A DNA stretch of 64,000 nucleotides from Octopus sinensis (lineage: Eukaryota), in the NCBI RefSeq assembly GCF_006345805.1, contig NC_043002.1, positions 66,960,001-67,024,000 of the forward strand, read 5' to 3'. The translations under genes and the position numbers were made by a program. A model generated the notes under the pieces. That model was not told the DNA's origin. It ran no database searches and saw nothing but the letters and a program-made list of their open reading frames with translations. Of this stretch, positions 1 through 11,117 are shown in pieces. Numbering within the stretch: position 1 is the first letter of the stretch; every line of letters begins with the position of its first letter.

Positions 1-5
1 CTATG

Positions 6-38
6 TTTCTGACGAAGAGCTCGGCTCGAAACGTTAAA
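6..38 (+). ncRNA. Minimal type-I hammerhead ribozyme-like motif (Penelope-like remnant)
   Basis: TTT-CTGACGA-A-GAGC(TCG)GCTC-GAAAC-GTT-AAA. Canonical CUGANGA/GAAA core, extra A before a 4-bp stem II, loopless palindromic ACGT stem III, 3-bp stem I. The window edge truncates upstream context. Confidence 0.6.
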
Positions 39-156
39 TCCTCCTTTCTTTCCTTTCCTGAGCGTCCAATAACACTATACTTGTTCCACGTTTCGCGTTG
101 TGTTTTCATGTTTGGAAATATATACATTATACATTATATATACATATATGTATATA

Positions 157-1748
157 CAGTGGCGGCCAAAATGTTCAGAACGGCATTGTTTTCGTCAGAA
201 AAGTAGATATAATTTTTTATCAAAGTTATTTTATATTCTATAATTTTCACAGACAATAAATACAATATTATTTGTTATTGCCTGAGATTTTGATGTAATT
301 TGAGAGGATAATACAAAAGTTATGGATGATTTAGGGATATACTGCAAAACCCATGGCAGCCAAAATGATCAGAACGGTTGCTTTTACTCCGTGTTTTAGT
401 ATATTTAACCAGCGAACTCTAATGTTTTGAATTTGTTTACGTGACGGTTCGTTTACTACATTAGTAAGAATATTTGCAGTGTACTTTGTTAATATAATGC
501 CACTTACTCCGTTACCAATTCGTCAGCAGATCATTAAGCTTCGAAGGAAGGATAATTTAAGTATTGGATCTATTGCAAAGATTGTTAACAAGTCAAAAAG
601 TGTTGTACACGGTATTCTTAAGGTCTACGATGATTGTGGTTCGTGTGAAGTAAGAAAGTTTACAGGTAGGCCAAGAAAAACGACCAAGAGAGAAGATCGT
701 GCTATGGTAAAGTTGGTTAAAAAGGACAGATTTAAAACTGCTGCTGCTGTTTCTCGGAAAATGAGCATTGTATTGAAGAAATCTTTATCTCGAAAAACTG
801 TGTCTCGTCGTTTAGTTCAACATGACCTACAAGCAAGAGCACCTGCAGTGAAGCCACTGATCAGCTCCAAGAATAAAAAGTGTCGTCTTACCTTTGCAAC
901 CAAACATGTGTTGTGGTCTCAAGAAAAATGGCAAACGGTGCATTTCAGTGATGAATCTAAGTTTATGTTATTTGGCTCAGATGGGAAAAGGTACGTTCGT
1001 AGAAAAGTAGGTGAAAAATTGTCGCCTAAATGCCTTAAGACTAGTGTTAAATTCGGTAGAGGAAGTGTCATGGTTTGGGGGATGATATCTGGAGATGGTG
1101 TGGGCCGTTTGGCGCGATTACATGGTAAGGTAAATGCAGGAGTTTATAAACAACTTGTAAAAGATCATGTCTTGCCTGTGCTGAGAAATTTAACTAAGCG
1201 ACCACCCATAATCATGCAGGACAATGCCCCATGTCACAAGGCTAAGGTGGTCATGAACTTCCTCAAGGCTGAAAAGGTTATTGTTATGGATTGGCCTGCT
1301 CAAAGTCCAGATCTCAATCCTATTGAAAATGTATGGAATATTCTAGGAGAACGTTCGAAAGCCAGAAATCCGAAAACAACTGAGCAATTATGGAATGCCC
1401 TTCAGGAAGAATGGAATAAGATCACCCAGCAAGAAATTGAAATATTTCAGAGTGTGATTGAAGCTATAGGGCTTCACACTAAATATTAAATAATTCCAGT
1501 ATTCTCTGTCATTTTTGATTATTTTGTTATTTTTTCAACCGTTCTGATCACTTTGGCCGCCATGGGTTTTGCAGTAAATCACTAAATCATCCATAAGTTT
1601 TGTATTATACACCAAAATCTCAGACAATAACAATTAATATTGTATTTATTGTCTGTAAAAATTATAGAATATAAAACTACTTTGATAAAAACTTATACTT
1701 ACTTTTCTGACGAAAACAATGCCATTCTGAACATTTTGGCCGCAACTG
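157..1748 (+). mobile_element. Full-length Tc1-family DNA transposon, IR/DR type
   Basis: TA at 155-156 and 1749-1750. Long imperfect TIRs (157-380 and 1536-1748) start CAGT(G/T)GCGGCCAAAATGTTCAGAA. Each TIR carries an inner repeat of the outer motif (GGC(A/G)GCCAAA(A/G)TGATCAGAACGG). Contains a transposase ORF. Confidence 0.95.
497..1489 (+). CDS. Tc1 transposase (DD34E), 330 aa from the ATG at 497
   Basis: Uninterrupted ORF. GRPRK linker, FSDESKF (D1), QDNAPCH (D2), SPDLNPIEN (E), with 34 residues between D2 and E. The C-terminus seems to lack the usual SMPRR-type segment. Confidence 0.92.
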   Translation: MPLTPLPIRQQIIKLRRKDNLSIGSIAKIVNKSKSVVHGILKVYDDCGSCEVRKFTGRPRKTTKREDRAMVKLVKKDRFKTAAAVSRKMSIVLKKSLSRKTVSRRLVQHDLQARAPAVKPLISSKNKKCRLTFATKHVLWSQEKWQTVHFSDESKFMLFGSDGKRYVRRKVGEKLSPKCLKTSVKFGRGSVMVWGMISGDGVGRLARLHGKVNAGVYKQLVKDHVLPVLRNLTKRPPIIMQDNAPCHKAKVVMNFLKAEKVIVMDWPAQSPDLNPIENVWNILGERSKARNPKTTEQLWNALQEEWNKITQQEIEIFQSVIEAIGLHTKY

Positions 1749-1750
1749 TA

Positions 1751-2049
1751 TATCACGTGACCGACCAGTCCATCAGATGTAGTTACACATCGCTGGTCAC
1801 AATGCGTTCGCATTGTTTTAGCCTTCGAATGACGCCACCCCGCTGGCTAAGCGAGCAGGCCAACAGACGAAAGAGTGAGAGAAAGTGTTGTGAAAGAGTA
1901 CATCAGGGATCACCACCCCCTGCCAGAGCATCGTGGAGCTTTTATGTGTTTTCGCTCAATAAACACACACAACGCCCGGTCTGGGAATCGAAACAGCGAT
2001 CCTACGACCGCGAGTCCGCTGCCCTAACCACTGGGCCATTGCGCCTCCA
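1751..2049 (-). mobile_element. tRNA-derived SINE, family C head with 3' tail type i
   Basis: Minus strand reads TGGAGGCGCAATGGCCCAGTGGTTAGGGCAGCGGACTCGCGGTCGTAGGATCGCTGTTTCGATTCC (A/B-box-like). Matches copies at 19703, 25406, 26765 and 47178. Confidence 0.85.
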
Positions 2050-2133
2050 TTATGTATGTATGTATGTATGTATGTATGTATATATACACACATTATACAC
2101 ACACACACATATATATATATATATACACATTAT

Positions 2134-2200
<67 letters not shown>

Positions 2201-2326
2201 GTGTTAAAAGAAATAGTATTGGACCTTGGGAGGGGTATTATCTCGGTAATAATAAACACATGCACTGGTTCAGTCTTTTATTGTTATTGTATTGTTCAGT
2301 ATTGTTCATGATCTTTCATTTTTTTT

Positions 2327-2372
2327 TGTCAGATAATAATTTCATCGCATTGTTGCAATCTCTTCAGTGACA
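2327..2372 (-). ncRNA. Minimal type-I hammerhead ribozyme motif
   Basis: Minus strand reads TGTCA-CTGAAGA-G-ATTGCA(ACAA)TGCGAT-GAAA-TTATT-ATC-TGACA. 5-bp stem I, 6-bp stem II, AUC cleavage triplet. Upstream TATATAG and downstream AATAAA resemble a Penelope pseudo-LTR layout. Confidence 0.7.
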
Positions 2373-2515
2373 CGTCTCTGTACTATATATGGAGTCATCC
2401 CATAAATAATGCAGCTTTTTTATACTTATTTTATTTTTCAAAATCAAAATAAAGTTCTTTTTAATTTAAAATATACTCTCTTTCATTTTCTACAATACTC
2501 TTCTATCTATCTCGT

Positions 2516-3134
2516 AGACTTGCAAGGCCCCTTTTCCAAAATTCACTTGTCCATGACGAGTACTGTTCTGACCTGGTCTACAGAATCCATATTTTTTCCG
2601 TCCAAATGATTTTGAAGACTGCGGATTAAATGATCATCAGATGGGGCAGTGTCTGGTGAATATGGTTGGTGGGGCATCGTTTCTCATTCAAACTGCTTCA
2701 GCCTTTGGAACGTCATTCTCGCTGAATGTGACAGAGCATTACCTTATGTCTTTAAACCAAAATGGTCGTTTTTCTTCCAGCACTGACGTACACCGCTTAA
2801 ACTGCTCGTAGTAGATCTCACTTGTTATCGTTTGGTTTGGATTTAAATGTTCAAAGTGGACTAAACCTTCCATATCCCACCAAACAGATAACATCTTACG
2901 TAGATGAAGACTTTCCTTAGCCTGGGGTGCCGGTGTTTCTCCTTTACCTACCTACTGTCTTCGGCGCTTGACATTTTTATAAAAAATTCATTTCTCGTTA
3001 CCAGTCCCTATTCGTTCCAAAAAGGTTCATTCGTGAAATGTGACAGCAAAGAAGAGTACACATTCGCTCTCTGTGCGCTGTTAGACTCAGAAAGTTTGTG
3101 AGGAACCCATTGACCCAATTTGCAGACTTTTCCG

Positions 3135-3136
<2 letters not shown>
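2516..3136 (-). pseudogene. Degenerate mariner transposase fragment
   Basis: Minus-strand translation across stops and frameshifts gives GKVCKLGQWVPHKL, RIGTGNEK*IFYKN, KMLSVWWDMEG and HQPYSPDTAPSDDHLIRSLQNHLDGK, matching mariner WVPHEL and YSPDLAP motifs. Confidence 0.85.
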
Positions 3137-3177
<41 letters not shown>

Positions 3178-4174
3178 CTACACAACTACACCAGTAATAA
3201 TCCTACCTTAACAACTAGTTATGCGAGTAGGGTTACTAGTAATCTCATTAACCATAGTTATTCCATGGACGATAGTAAATGTTTTTTGCAATCGTAGAAA
3301 CCGCCTTTAGTGTCCTCTTGAAAATCAGTTCTTAAGAATGAATTCAATATATCAATGTACGGTAACATCTGGTTCATCTTTCACAGTTTTTAAAATTTAG
3401 TTTATACAACCATTTTTCTTTATTTAAATTTAGGAGGAAGGTTAATCCAAGTAAATGTTTTTAGGATTTAAAAATACAACAACGTTGATTACTATATGAA
3501 ATGGTGCATTGTATGTAATGCTCTATCATACAATGCTGGTTACTTTGAATGTAATCTTTGCAGAGACGAAATGTTTTATATATTTAACTCAAAAGTAGAT
3601 TTATTAAACTCTAGAACTAATCTAGCGATGAATTGCTATCATAAGCATAGAAGAACGTTTAAATATTTCATTATGAAATAGCACTCTGTTTATACTAACT
3701 TATTCTTTCAATAAATGGGATAACCATAATTTCTTGTTTTTTATTATCAACTCTCGCTATCTTTTATAATTTGTGTTCTTCTATTACGCGACAAACATTT
3801 TGTCACGCTTTACTGCTTCCTCACTGTTCATTTGTTTTTTCTTTTCCTTTTTTATTCTTCATCTCTGAATTCTTCTTTCCACTCCTCCCATTTCTGAATC
3901 TTAGCCTTTCTATTATTGTTTTTTTTTTATGAGCATGACTATTTACTTCTTATGAGATATATTCAAATTTATTTTCGTGTATCAACATCTCTTTTTAAAA
4001 CAAATTTTGAAAAAGTTTACTTTAATGATCTTTTAAATTAATCTTTAGTTGACCTAGGCTACTGAGGTAGCCTTTCTACGTTTTTATTTATTTTTTCTTT
4101 CACTGCTCAGCGAGTCATCTTAAGTTTAAACACCAAACTAACTTTTCTTAGAATATGCTTCATCTTAGCTCTCT

Positions 4175-4373
4175 TTTACTCTTTTACTTGTTCCAGTCAT
4201 TTGACTACGGCCATGCTGGACCACCGTTTTTTAGTGAAACAAATCGACCCCAGCACTTATTCTTTGTAAGCCTAGTATTTATTTTATCGGTTCCTTTTGC
4301 CGAACCGCTAAGTTTCGGGGACGCAAACACACCAGCATCGGTTGTCAAGCGATGTTGGGGGACAAACACAGAA

Positions 4374-4422
<49 letters not shown>

Positions 4423-4596
4423 ATATATATACACGACGGGTTTCTTTCAGTTTCCGTCTACCAAATCTACTCACAAGGCTTTGGTTGGCCCGAGGCTATA
4501 GTAGAAGACACTTGCCCAAGGTGCCACGCAGTGGGTCTGAACCCGGCACCATGTGGTTGGTAAGCAAGCTACTTGCCACGCAGCCACTCCTGCGCC
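4175..4596 (-). mobile_element. tRNA-derived SINE, family A (internal TA/CA microsatellite)
   Basis: Minus-strand head GGCGCAGGAGTGGCTGCGTGGCAAGTAGCTTGCTTACCAACCACATGGTGCCGGGTTCAG and tail CCAGCATGGCC...GACTGGAACAAGTAAAAG. More than 10 related copies in the window. Confidence 0.85.
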
Positions 4597-4937
4597 TATC
4601 TATCTTTCTATCTTTTTTATTTTCTCTCCTTTATTCCAGTGACTTCTCTGTATTGTTGCTAAATTCTCAGTTCTCATTAGATTCACATCTGTTTTGGTTG
4701 CCTTGAAAATATTATAATCAAATAAGCTTTGGATATATTTTATTTCACTATCGATCCAATATGGACCGATTTGTATGTCGTACCATTAATTATATCTAAT
4801 AGCGCTTAATAGAATCACGTGTCGGGTTTTTTTATGATATAACCCTGAATTAAAGACGCACTAGTCTTCATTCTTGTTTTACCTTTATAATACTCTCTAG
4901 AATTTTCCAAAATTCCTTTAAATGAACTTTGGAATTA

Positions 4938-5498
4938 TTGGGTTGTCCGGAAAGTTCGTGCCGATTGTTAAAGGAAGGAAAAAGGTCAATAAATACTTGC
5001 CATTACATTTTTAATCAACCAAATATGAACCATTTTGTTGCACAATGCGTCTCCATCTTTCCTTTAACTTGAAAATACCCTCTTCCAAGAATCGAAGTGG
5101 TTTCATGGCAAAGAATTCATCAAGGAATCTTTTTACGTCATCCAAGGAATTGAAATTTTTACCATTAAGACTATTCTACAGATCAGAATAAGTGGAAATC
5201 CGAAGGAGTAATATCTGGTAAATATGTAGGGTGGAGTAACACATCCCAGCCGAGCTGCTGCAATTTTTGTCTGTTTCCCAAAGCACCAAGTGCCGAAAAT
5301 GTACTTTATCTTCCATTTTAAAGGGTTACAGAATTAACACAGGTTATAGGAACATAAGCCTTCTTCCACGAAAAGATAGCTTAAACTGTGCTCTAAACGG
5401 AGGTGTAGTCAAATCCTATTTTATGGACTCAACCATGTTCTAAAATAAGTCGAAAGGTAAGCTACTATAAGTTGGCACGAACTTTCCGGACAACTCAA
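4938..5498 (-). mobile_element. Internally deleted mariner element
   Basis: TIRs TTGGGTTGTCCGGAAAGTTCGTGCC and GGCACGAACTTTCCGGACAACTCAA, flanked by TA at 4936-37 and 5499-5500. Minus strand encodes QKLQQLGWDVLLHPTYLPDITPSDFHLF and KERWRRIVQQNGSYLVD*. Confidence 0.88.
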
Positions 5499-5528
5499 TA
5501 TTTATCACACTTGGAATGTTATCACGGA

Positions 5529-5789
5529 TTAAAATGATAAGTTCTGTGGCATCATGTTGACTGAGATGCACCCATGTGGCTTATCTGGTATCCCTTGAAG
5601 AAATTTGTCTAGGCTTCGTTTGAAGGCGGTTTTGAAGGTGATATATAGCCCTAAGCTAATATACAGGAGTTGATTTAATACTGACTTCTGAAAATTAAAG
5701 TAACCTTTAATGCGATTGCAGATTTTATTAAACGCAATAATATTCAGGAGCTCTGTTTTGTCCATTTCGAAAGAAATAAATAACGGCAA
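5529..5789 (-). mobile_element. Old CR1-like LINE 3' fragment
   Basis: Translation FKRSLDKFLQGIPDKP resembles FKKSLDKFLQTVPDKP at the end of the LINE at 24.8 kb. Confidence 0.5.
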
Positions 5790-6178
5790 ATGTCAATGTA
5801 AAACAGAATAACATAGAAAGTGTTGAACGCACGTATTCGCACAAAAAAAACAAAAAAAAAATCCAGCGGAAGGAATCATATATTCATCAGTTAACAACAA
5901 CAACAACAACAGGTAATAATATCGTCATTTATCATATTTAGCATTTGTTAAACTGTTCAACTTTATTAATATTTATAACTTTATTTATCTCTTACACAAG
6001 TATAATGCCTCAGATCCACGTAGAACAGGCGATAAGAAATGTGTGACAATTATTTTTTTCTTCAAATGCTGTGAATCAGCTATAACCGAGAATCGAAGCC
6101 GGACGGCACGGTTCGGCTCATCGGAAGCTTGTGGCTACTCTATGGCACAGCGGTAATTTATCACAAATAAATATATAC

Positions 6179-6245
<67 letters not shown>

Positions 6246-6924
6246 ATATATAAAACAGAAAAAGGTCGATATTGCTATGTAACTTTCATTATAAATGTTT
6301 TGTACTCAAGTCTTGAGGTTGTATATCGTTGCCCACCATGCGTTTACATCTTGAGCAAATTAGTTGATTTTACTCACAGCAGAGGAATATTGACGTCGAT
6401 TCGTGATAATGTTTTATCAATGCCCTATTCAAACGAGGTCCAACTTTAAAGGGGTAGTGCGGTATATGAGTACAGTAGCTTGAGTACAACAGCGCTCACT
6501 ATACTGGAGTATCTTTATGTTTTAATACCGTCATGGCAGAAATAACACCGTTTTACTATATGAATACGGATTAAGGTCGCGGATGGTTTTTTTTTATCTT
6601 TCCATTAAAATTCTAAGACGTTCCTTGGTAGAATTCTATTTTCTTGGTTCTTTTTTTTTTTCATTGTTACAGTTTCATTTTTGTATGTTTTAATATTTTC
6701 AACACTTTTTTTTCCTGCATGCATCTGGAACAGTATGCAGCTCAAACAGCAACCTGATATGTAACAGTAACGTATATTACACAATAACTTCAGAGATATC
6801 TCACAAACATGCAAACAATATTATGAACGTCTGTACGCAAGTATTTATTAATTCTTGTCTCATTTCTCACTATTTTAATATGTAAACACCATTTGCAGTT
6901 TCGTACACCATCAGAATATAACAA

Positions 6925-6974
<50 letters not shown>

Positions 6975-7139
6975 GCAGCAGTTACACTTTGACTCAAGGT
7001 CCCAAAGTTTCATGCGTTGCCCACTTTAAGAACCAATGCACGAAACTCTCGGACCTCGAGTAACTCTGTTACTTCTGTTAAATATTAATAAAAACATATA
7101 TATATACTCCTATTTTGAGTTCGGTTGCTCCTGTTTGTA

Positions 7140-7830
7140 TCAACATAGGCGTGTGTGTATATATATATATATGTGTGTGTGTGTATATATACATACACAG
7201 ATATATGTATATACACGTATATATAGGTGTGTATATGTATGTATATATGTGTATATGTGTGTATATATATATGCATATATGTGTATATATATGCATATAT
7301 ATATGCATATATGTATATATATATGCATATATGTGTATATATATGCATATATATATGTATGTATATATATATATGTATATATACATGCATATATATATGG
7401 ATATATGCATATATATATGGATATATGTATGTATATATATGTATATATACATGTATATATATGCATATATATGTATATATACATGCATATATATATGGAT
7501 ATATGTATATATATGCATATATATACATGCATATATATGTATATATATATGCATATGTATGCATATATGTATAAGTATATGTATATGCATATATTTATGC
7601 ATATATGTACGCATATATATATGTATGCATATATATATGCACATATATACACTTATGTATACTTATATATATATACTTATATACATATATTTATATATAT
7701 ATATATCTATGTATACTTTATATATATACACTTATGTATATATATACATATATATATACACACTTATGTATATATATACTTTATATATATAATGTTACTC
7801 CATGCATACCCCCACACGCACATATATGCG
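7140..7830. repeat. Compound (TA)n/(TG)n/(ATGC) microsatellite
   Basis: Low-complexity dinucleotide tract; source of the Y/I/M/C/H-rich pseudo-ORFs. Confidence 0.95.
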
Positions 7831-8314
7831 TACCTTATGTGTGAGTATTAAAATAAAACAAACACATTTTATAGTTTACACCACAAAATATTTACAATAT
7901 TAGAAATACATATAATTATATGTTTTTAGTTTAGTGTGTGCATTTTTCAACGATTGTCTGTTGTTTTTTTTTATGTCATTATTTTCAATGTGGACGAAAT
8001 TTGACTAATCCACCATGAGTGATATAAAGTATATTTATCAGTCAACAATTATTCAGCCTTTCATTGTCATGTATTATAAACATGTTTTCATTTGAGCTGA
8101 TTGAATACGATTAACGTTTAGTTAGTTTGTTGTGTGCATTTGAAAGCTATTTAGCTTTTGCAGTATGGATGCATGATGCATATCTGTGACTGTCTGCGTA
8201 TGTACTTTAGGATGAAATTCGAATTATATATATACACACACACAAATACATACACACTCACAAACATAATTATATACACATACACATATATAACATTCAT
8301 ATGTTATTTATGTA

Positions 8315-8364
<50 letters not shown>

Positions 8365-8644
8365 CTCTCTTTCACTCTCACACATAACTTCTTAGTCTGT
8401 ACTCCAATAGTATAATGTTGCTCAGCATCCGACAGATAATTTAGTCCTGGTATCTGTTTCTATGTTTGAATAAAGGAAGGAAGGGTAAGATGAAAGTGAA
8501 GCAAGGGGAAAAGAAATAAAGGTGAGTTTGAGGTGGAGGAAAGGTCAAATATGGCGGGGGTAAGCGACACTGTCTGCAGCTGAGAAAGGGAACGAGGAAC
8601 ATTAATATATTTTTGTTATTTCTTTTTTTTTTTAAATAATCAGG

Positions 8645-8650
8645 TTTATT
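8645..8650 (-). promoter_or_regulatory. Candidate polyadenylation signal of the 701-aa gene
   Basis: AATAAA on the minus strand about 165 nt downstream of the stop codon. The hexamer is common in AT-rich DNA, so support is weak. Confidence 0.35.
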
Positions 8651-8813
8651 ATACAATTCATTACTTTTGATCTGATTTCAAAAATTATATTCCACTCTTA
8701 GTAAGAAATGAAATCCTTACTGGCAGGTATCTCTCATTGGCACGCTTCTTACTATTAGCCGATACTTCAGTTCTTATGGTGTTCTATCTCAATTTGTAAA
8801 ATCCGTCGGTTTT

Positions 8814-10919
8814 TCATGTAAATTGTAAAAATATTGAAAATAGCCACAGAAAAACTGACTGTAATCCGCCTTTGGTTAAGCATTGAACTAAACGCACGCC
8901 ATTACTTCGAGTATGTTCTTTCTTTCTCTCCGCCTTTCTTTTGCGGTAAACTTCTTTAATGTCTGGTACACTCGGTATTTTAAACGGGTCATTAGGTTTA
9001 TCACGATCAAATGTTTGGGGTTTATGTATGATAATGCGATCAGCGGTGGTTGTGGTCCTCATCGGAATGTTTTTGCAAGGTATGGCCTCAGCTTTGATGG
9101 TATAGACAGTAAGCGGTTTCAAATACCGACCTCTTACAAAAGACCAAGTCATTTTATTACATTCACTGGCGGCCATCACCATTATTTCATTTTTATGCAT
9201 GTCATTTCTCAAAAGACAAATAGTATCGGAAGTGTTATCACGATTTTGCATTACTACAGCCTTCTCCCAATAATTAGGTTTAAACGTTAATAAACAACGA
9301 TAGTCGCTTACATGTGCGTGTATTGGGCAATTTTTCATTTCAATACGGCATAAGGTGTTATCATAGCAGTCCTGGTACATGCTTCCGTAGCAACCTCGTC
9401 CAGGTTTTATGGCTAATCGAATCTCAAAGCTTGATTCAAACTCGCAATCCTTAAAACTTATCAAAGGTTTGCGGGACACAATCGGTTTAAATGAATTTGG
9501 GAAAGAGCGATATGTGTCACCAATGGGTTTTACATCTGATACGAATCTTTGGTTACTACAAATCGAATCTTTAACATGATCATCGATGAGTGGCCAAACG
9601 ATACTTTTTGAGAGTACATAACCCATTACCATTGGAGAATAATCCGTGATTTGGATACAAGAATAACGAGGTCGGCAACCGTTTTCGAAAATCGAAAGCA
9701 CCGAATATCGACCCTCACTTCTAGTTGAGATTCTGCTTAATGAGACACACTTGAACGAGCCAACCCGTTCAATTTCAAAATTCGATTCGCTAATCCGAAT
9801 CTCTTTGATGCCATCGTAATTTGTTTGGTACCATGGACCACGAAGCCGACTTGGAAAAGAACAGACTGCTGGAGGTATATTGGGATCACATTTCCGGCAG
9901 CTGTAGGGACACTCATAATCTGTGAGTCTTGAACATACAACCTGCCTACATTCTTTGTATTCGTCTTGACATAGTTTAGTATACAAGACACGAGTCAGGC
10001 TTGCAACGATGTAGTTCTTGGCTTGTTGAGCCTTATTTGAAGTCTCAGACCATCCTATGATGTCATTTACTCCGTTGGGGCAAATTAAATCAAAGAATAA
10101 ATAAATTTCAGTTTTTTCCCAATTACTAATATTTTGAGAACGAAGGCACCAGATTTGACCTTTATAAGTTCTAACAATAGTAAATGTGTAGCCATCATCC
10201 CACCAGCTGGCGACGCATAACAGATTTGTTGTTGTTTCCATGGGTGTATTCTGAAGGCAGGTTTCAGATCGAAAGTAAAATGTCATCCCTTCACCAGCGA
10301 TACATTCGCTCTCTAATCTCATTGGAAGGGCTTTCATGTTGCAGCCATTGCTAATTCCATTTGAATCAACGGTTTTCATATTGTATCCTCCTTGTAAAGG
10401 ACAAAGTAAGTATTCGTCCCTAATTCGACTGCGAAGTATTAAAGGCCAAGGGTTTAATTTTAGATGGTGCTCATGACAAAGCTGCAGATCAAACCGAGAC
10501 ACAAAATTAGATTCTCGAATTTGCATTATAGCTACACCTCTTCTGATAAATTCAAGGCATGCATACATTCTCGGTTTACCCTTTTCTTCATGCCGCACCA
10601 CATATTTGTCCATCATTTTATATATACACTCTCTTATGTAATATTGCTCAGTGTTATTAGTACCGAACGGTGTTTGGTAAATATGCCGGGCTATCATGTA
10701 ATTTTTCTTAAATTCAATCTCTGTTAAGTCGTTTCCATTTGGTCTGATAGTGTTGTTTGTCTCCCAAATTACGTCTACCGTCTCTATATGTTTCATATCG
10801 TGAAAGTTGCAAGAACTGGAGACAAAGCTGATTGTGTTCAATAAGAAGACAAAACAAAGAGCACAGAGCATCCGATGGCGGTGATGATACAGGCACACAC
10901 AAAATCTTGGGGAATCCAT
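8814..10919 (-). CDS. Uncharacterised Cys-rich secreted/cell-surface protein with ShKT-like motif, single coding exon (701 aa)
   Basis: 2106-bp open frame free of repeats. Hydrophobic signal peptide (MLCALCFVFLLNTISFVSS). CxDx4Cx4Cx7CPxSCxxC at aa 317-344 (nt 9888-9971). CPLQGGY, LCVASW and CSFPSRLRGPW modules. Thr/Pro stalk, then SNG plus a hydrophobic C-terminus. In-frame TAA upstream of the ATG. Confidence 0.9.
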   Translation of the reverse strand: MDSPRFCVCLYHHRHRMLCALCFVFLLNTISFVSSSCNFHDMKHIETVDVIWETNNTIRPNGNDLTEIEFKKNYMIARHIYQTPFGTNNTEQYYIRECIYKMMDKYVVRHEEKGKPRMYACLEFIRRGVAIMQIRESNFVSRFDLQLCHEHHLKLNPWPLILRSRIRDEYLLCPLQGGYNMKTVDSNGISNGCNMKALPMRLESECIAGEGMTFYFRSETCLQNTPMETTTNLLCVASWWDDGYTFTIVRTYKGQIWCLRSQNISNWEKTEIYLFFDLICPNGVNDIIGWSETSNKAQQAKNYIVASLTRVLYTKLCQDEYKECRQVVCSRLTDYECPYSCRKCDPNIPPAVCSFPSRLRGPWYQTNYDGIKEIRISESNFEIERVGSFKCVSLSRISTRSEGRYSVLSIFENGCRPRYSCIQITDYSPMVMGYVLSKSIVWPLIDDHVKDSICSNQRFVSDVKPIGDTYRSFPNSFKPIVSRKPLISFKDCEFESSFEIRLAIKPGRGCYGSMYQDCYDNTLCRIEMKNCPIHAHVSDYRCLLTFKPNYWEKAVVMQNRDNTSDTICLLRNDMHKNEIMVMAASECNKMTWSFVRGRYLKPLTVYTIKAEAIPCKNIPMRTTTTADRIIIHKPQTFDRDKPNDPFKIPSVPDIKEVYRKRKAERKKEHTRSNGVRLVQCLTKGGLQSVFLWLFSIFLQFT

Positions 10920-10986
10920 TTCTTTGTATACGGCAATATCTTAATCCAGCCGAGTATTTATATCCGTTTTTTGTCGGTCATGAAAC

Positions 10987-11010
10987 CTGTGTAAAAGAAA
11001 GAAAGAAAAC
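10987..11010 (-). promoter_or_regulatory. 3' splice acceptor of a 5'UTR intron
   Basis: Minus strand reads GTTTTCTTTCTTTCTTTTACACAG|GTTTC: a polypyrimidine tract plus CAG, 67 nt upstream of the ATG. Confidence 0.7.
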
Positions 11011-11069
11011 GCTTTATTAATAAAGTACGCACAAATACAAAATAATATACATCGTCAGTAAGCATGCTA

Positions 11070-11101
<32 letters not shown>

Positions 11102-11117
11102 GTCTCATATATATTCA

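Noticed and set aside
1640-2311. 223-aa ORF and other recurrent short ORFs such as MSSDVGG..., MRNWYLIYRPRK... and MLAEPL...
   Set aside because: They are translations of TIR or SINE sequence recurring at many copies, not genes.
7036-7851. Long ORFs rich in Y/I/M/C/V/H/T (also at 12.4-13.5, 14.3, 21.8-23.2, 25.0, 56.3 and 61.1 kb)
   Set aside because: Translations of dinucleotide microsatellites that lack stop codons by composition.
8913-11020. Plus-strand ORFs overlapping the 701-aa gene
   Set aside because: Short antisense shadows with no motif support.
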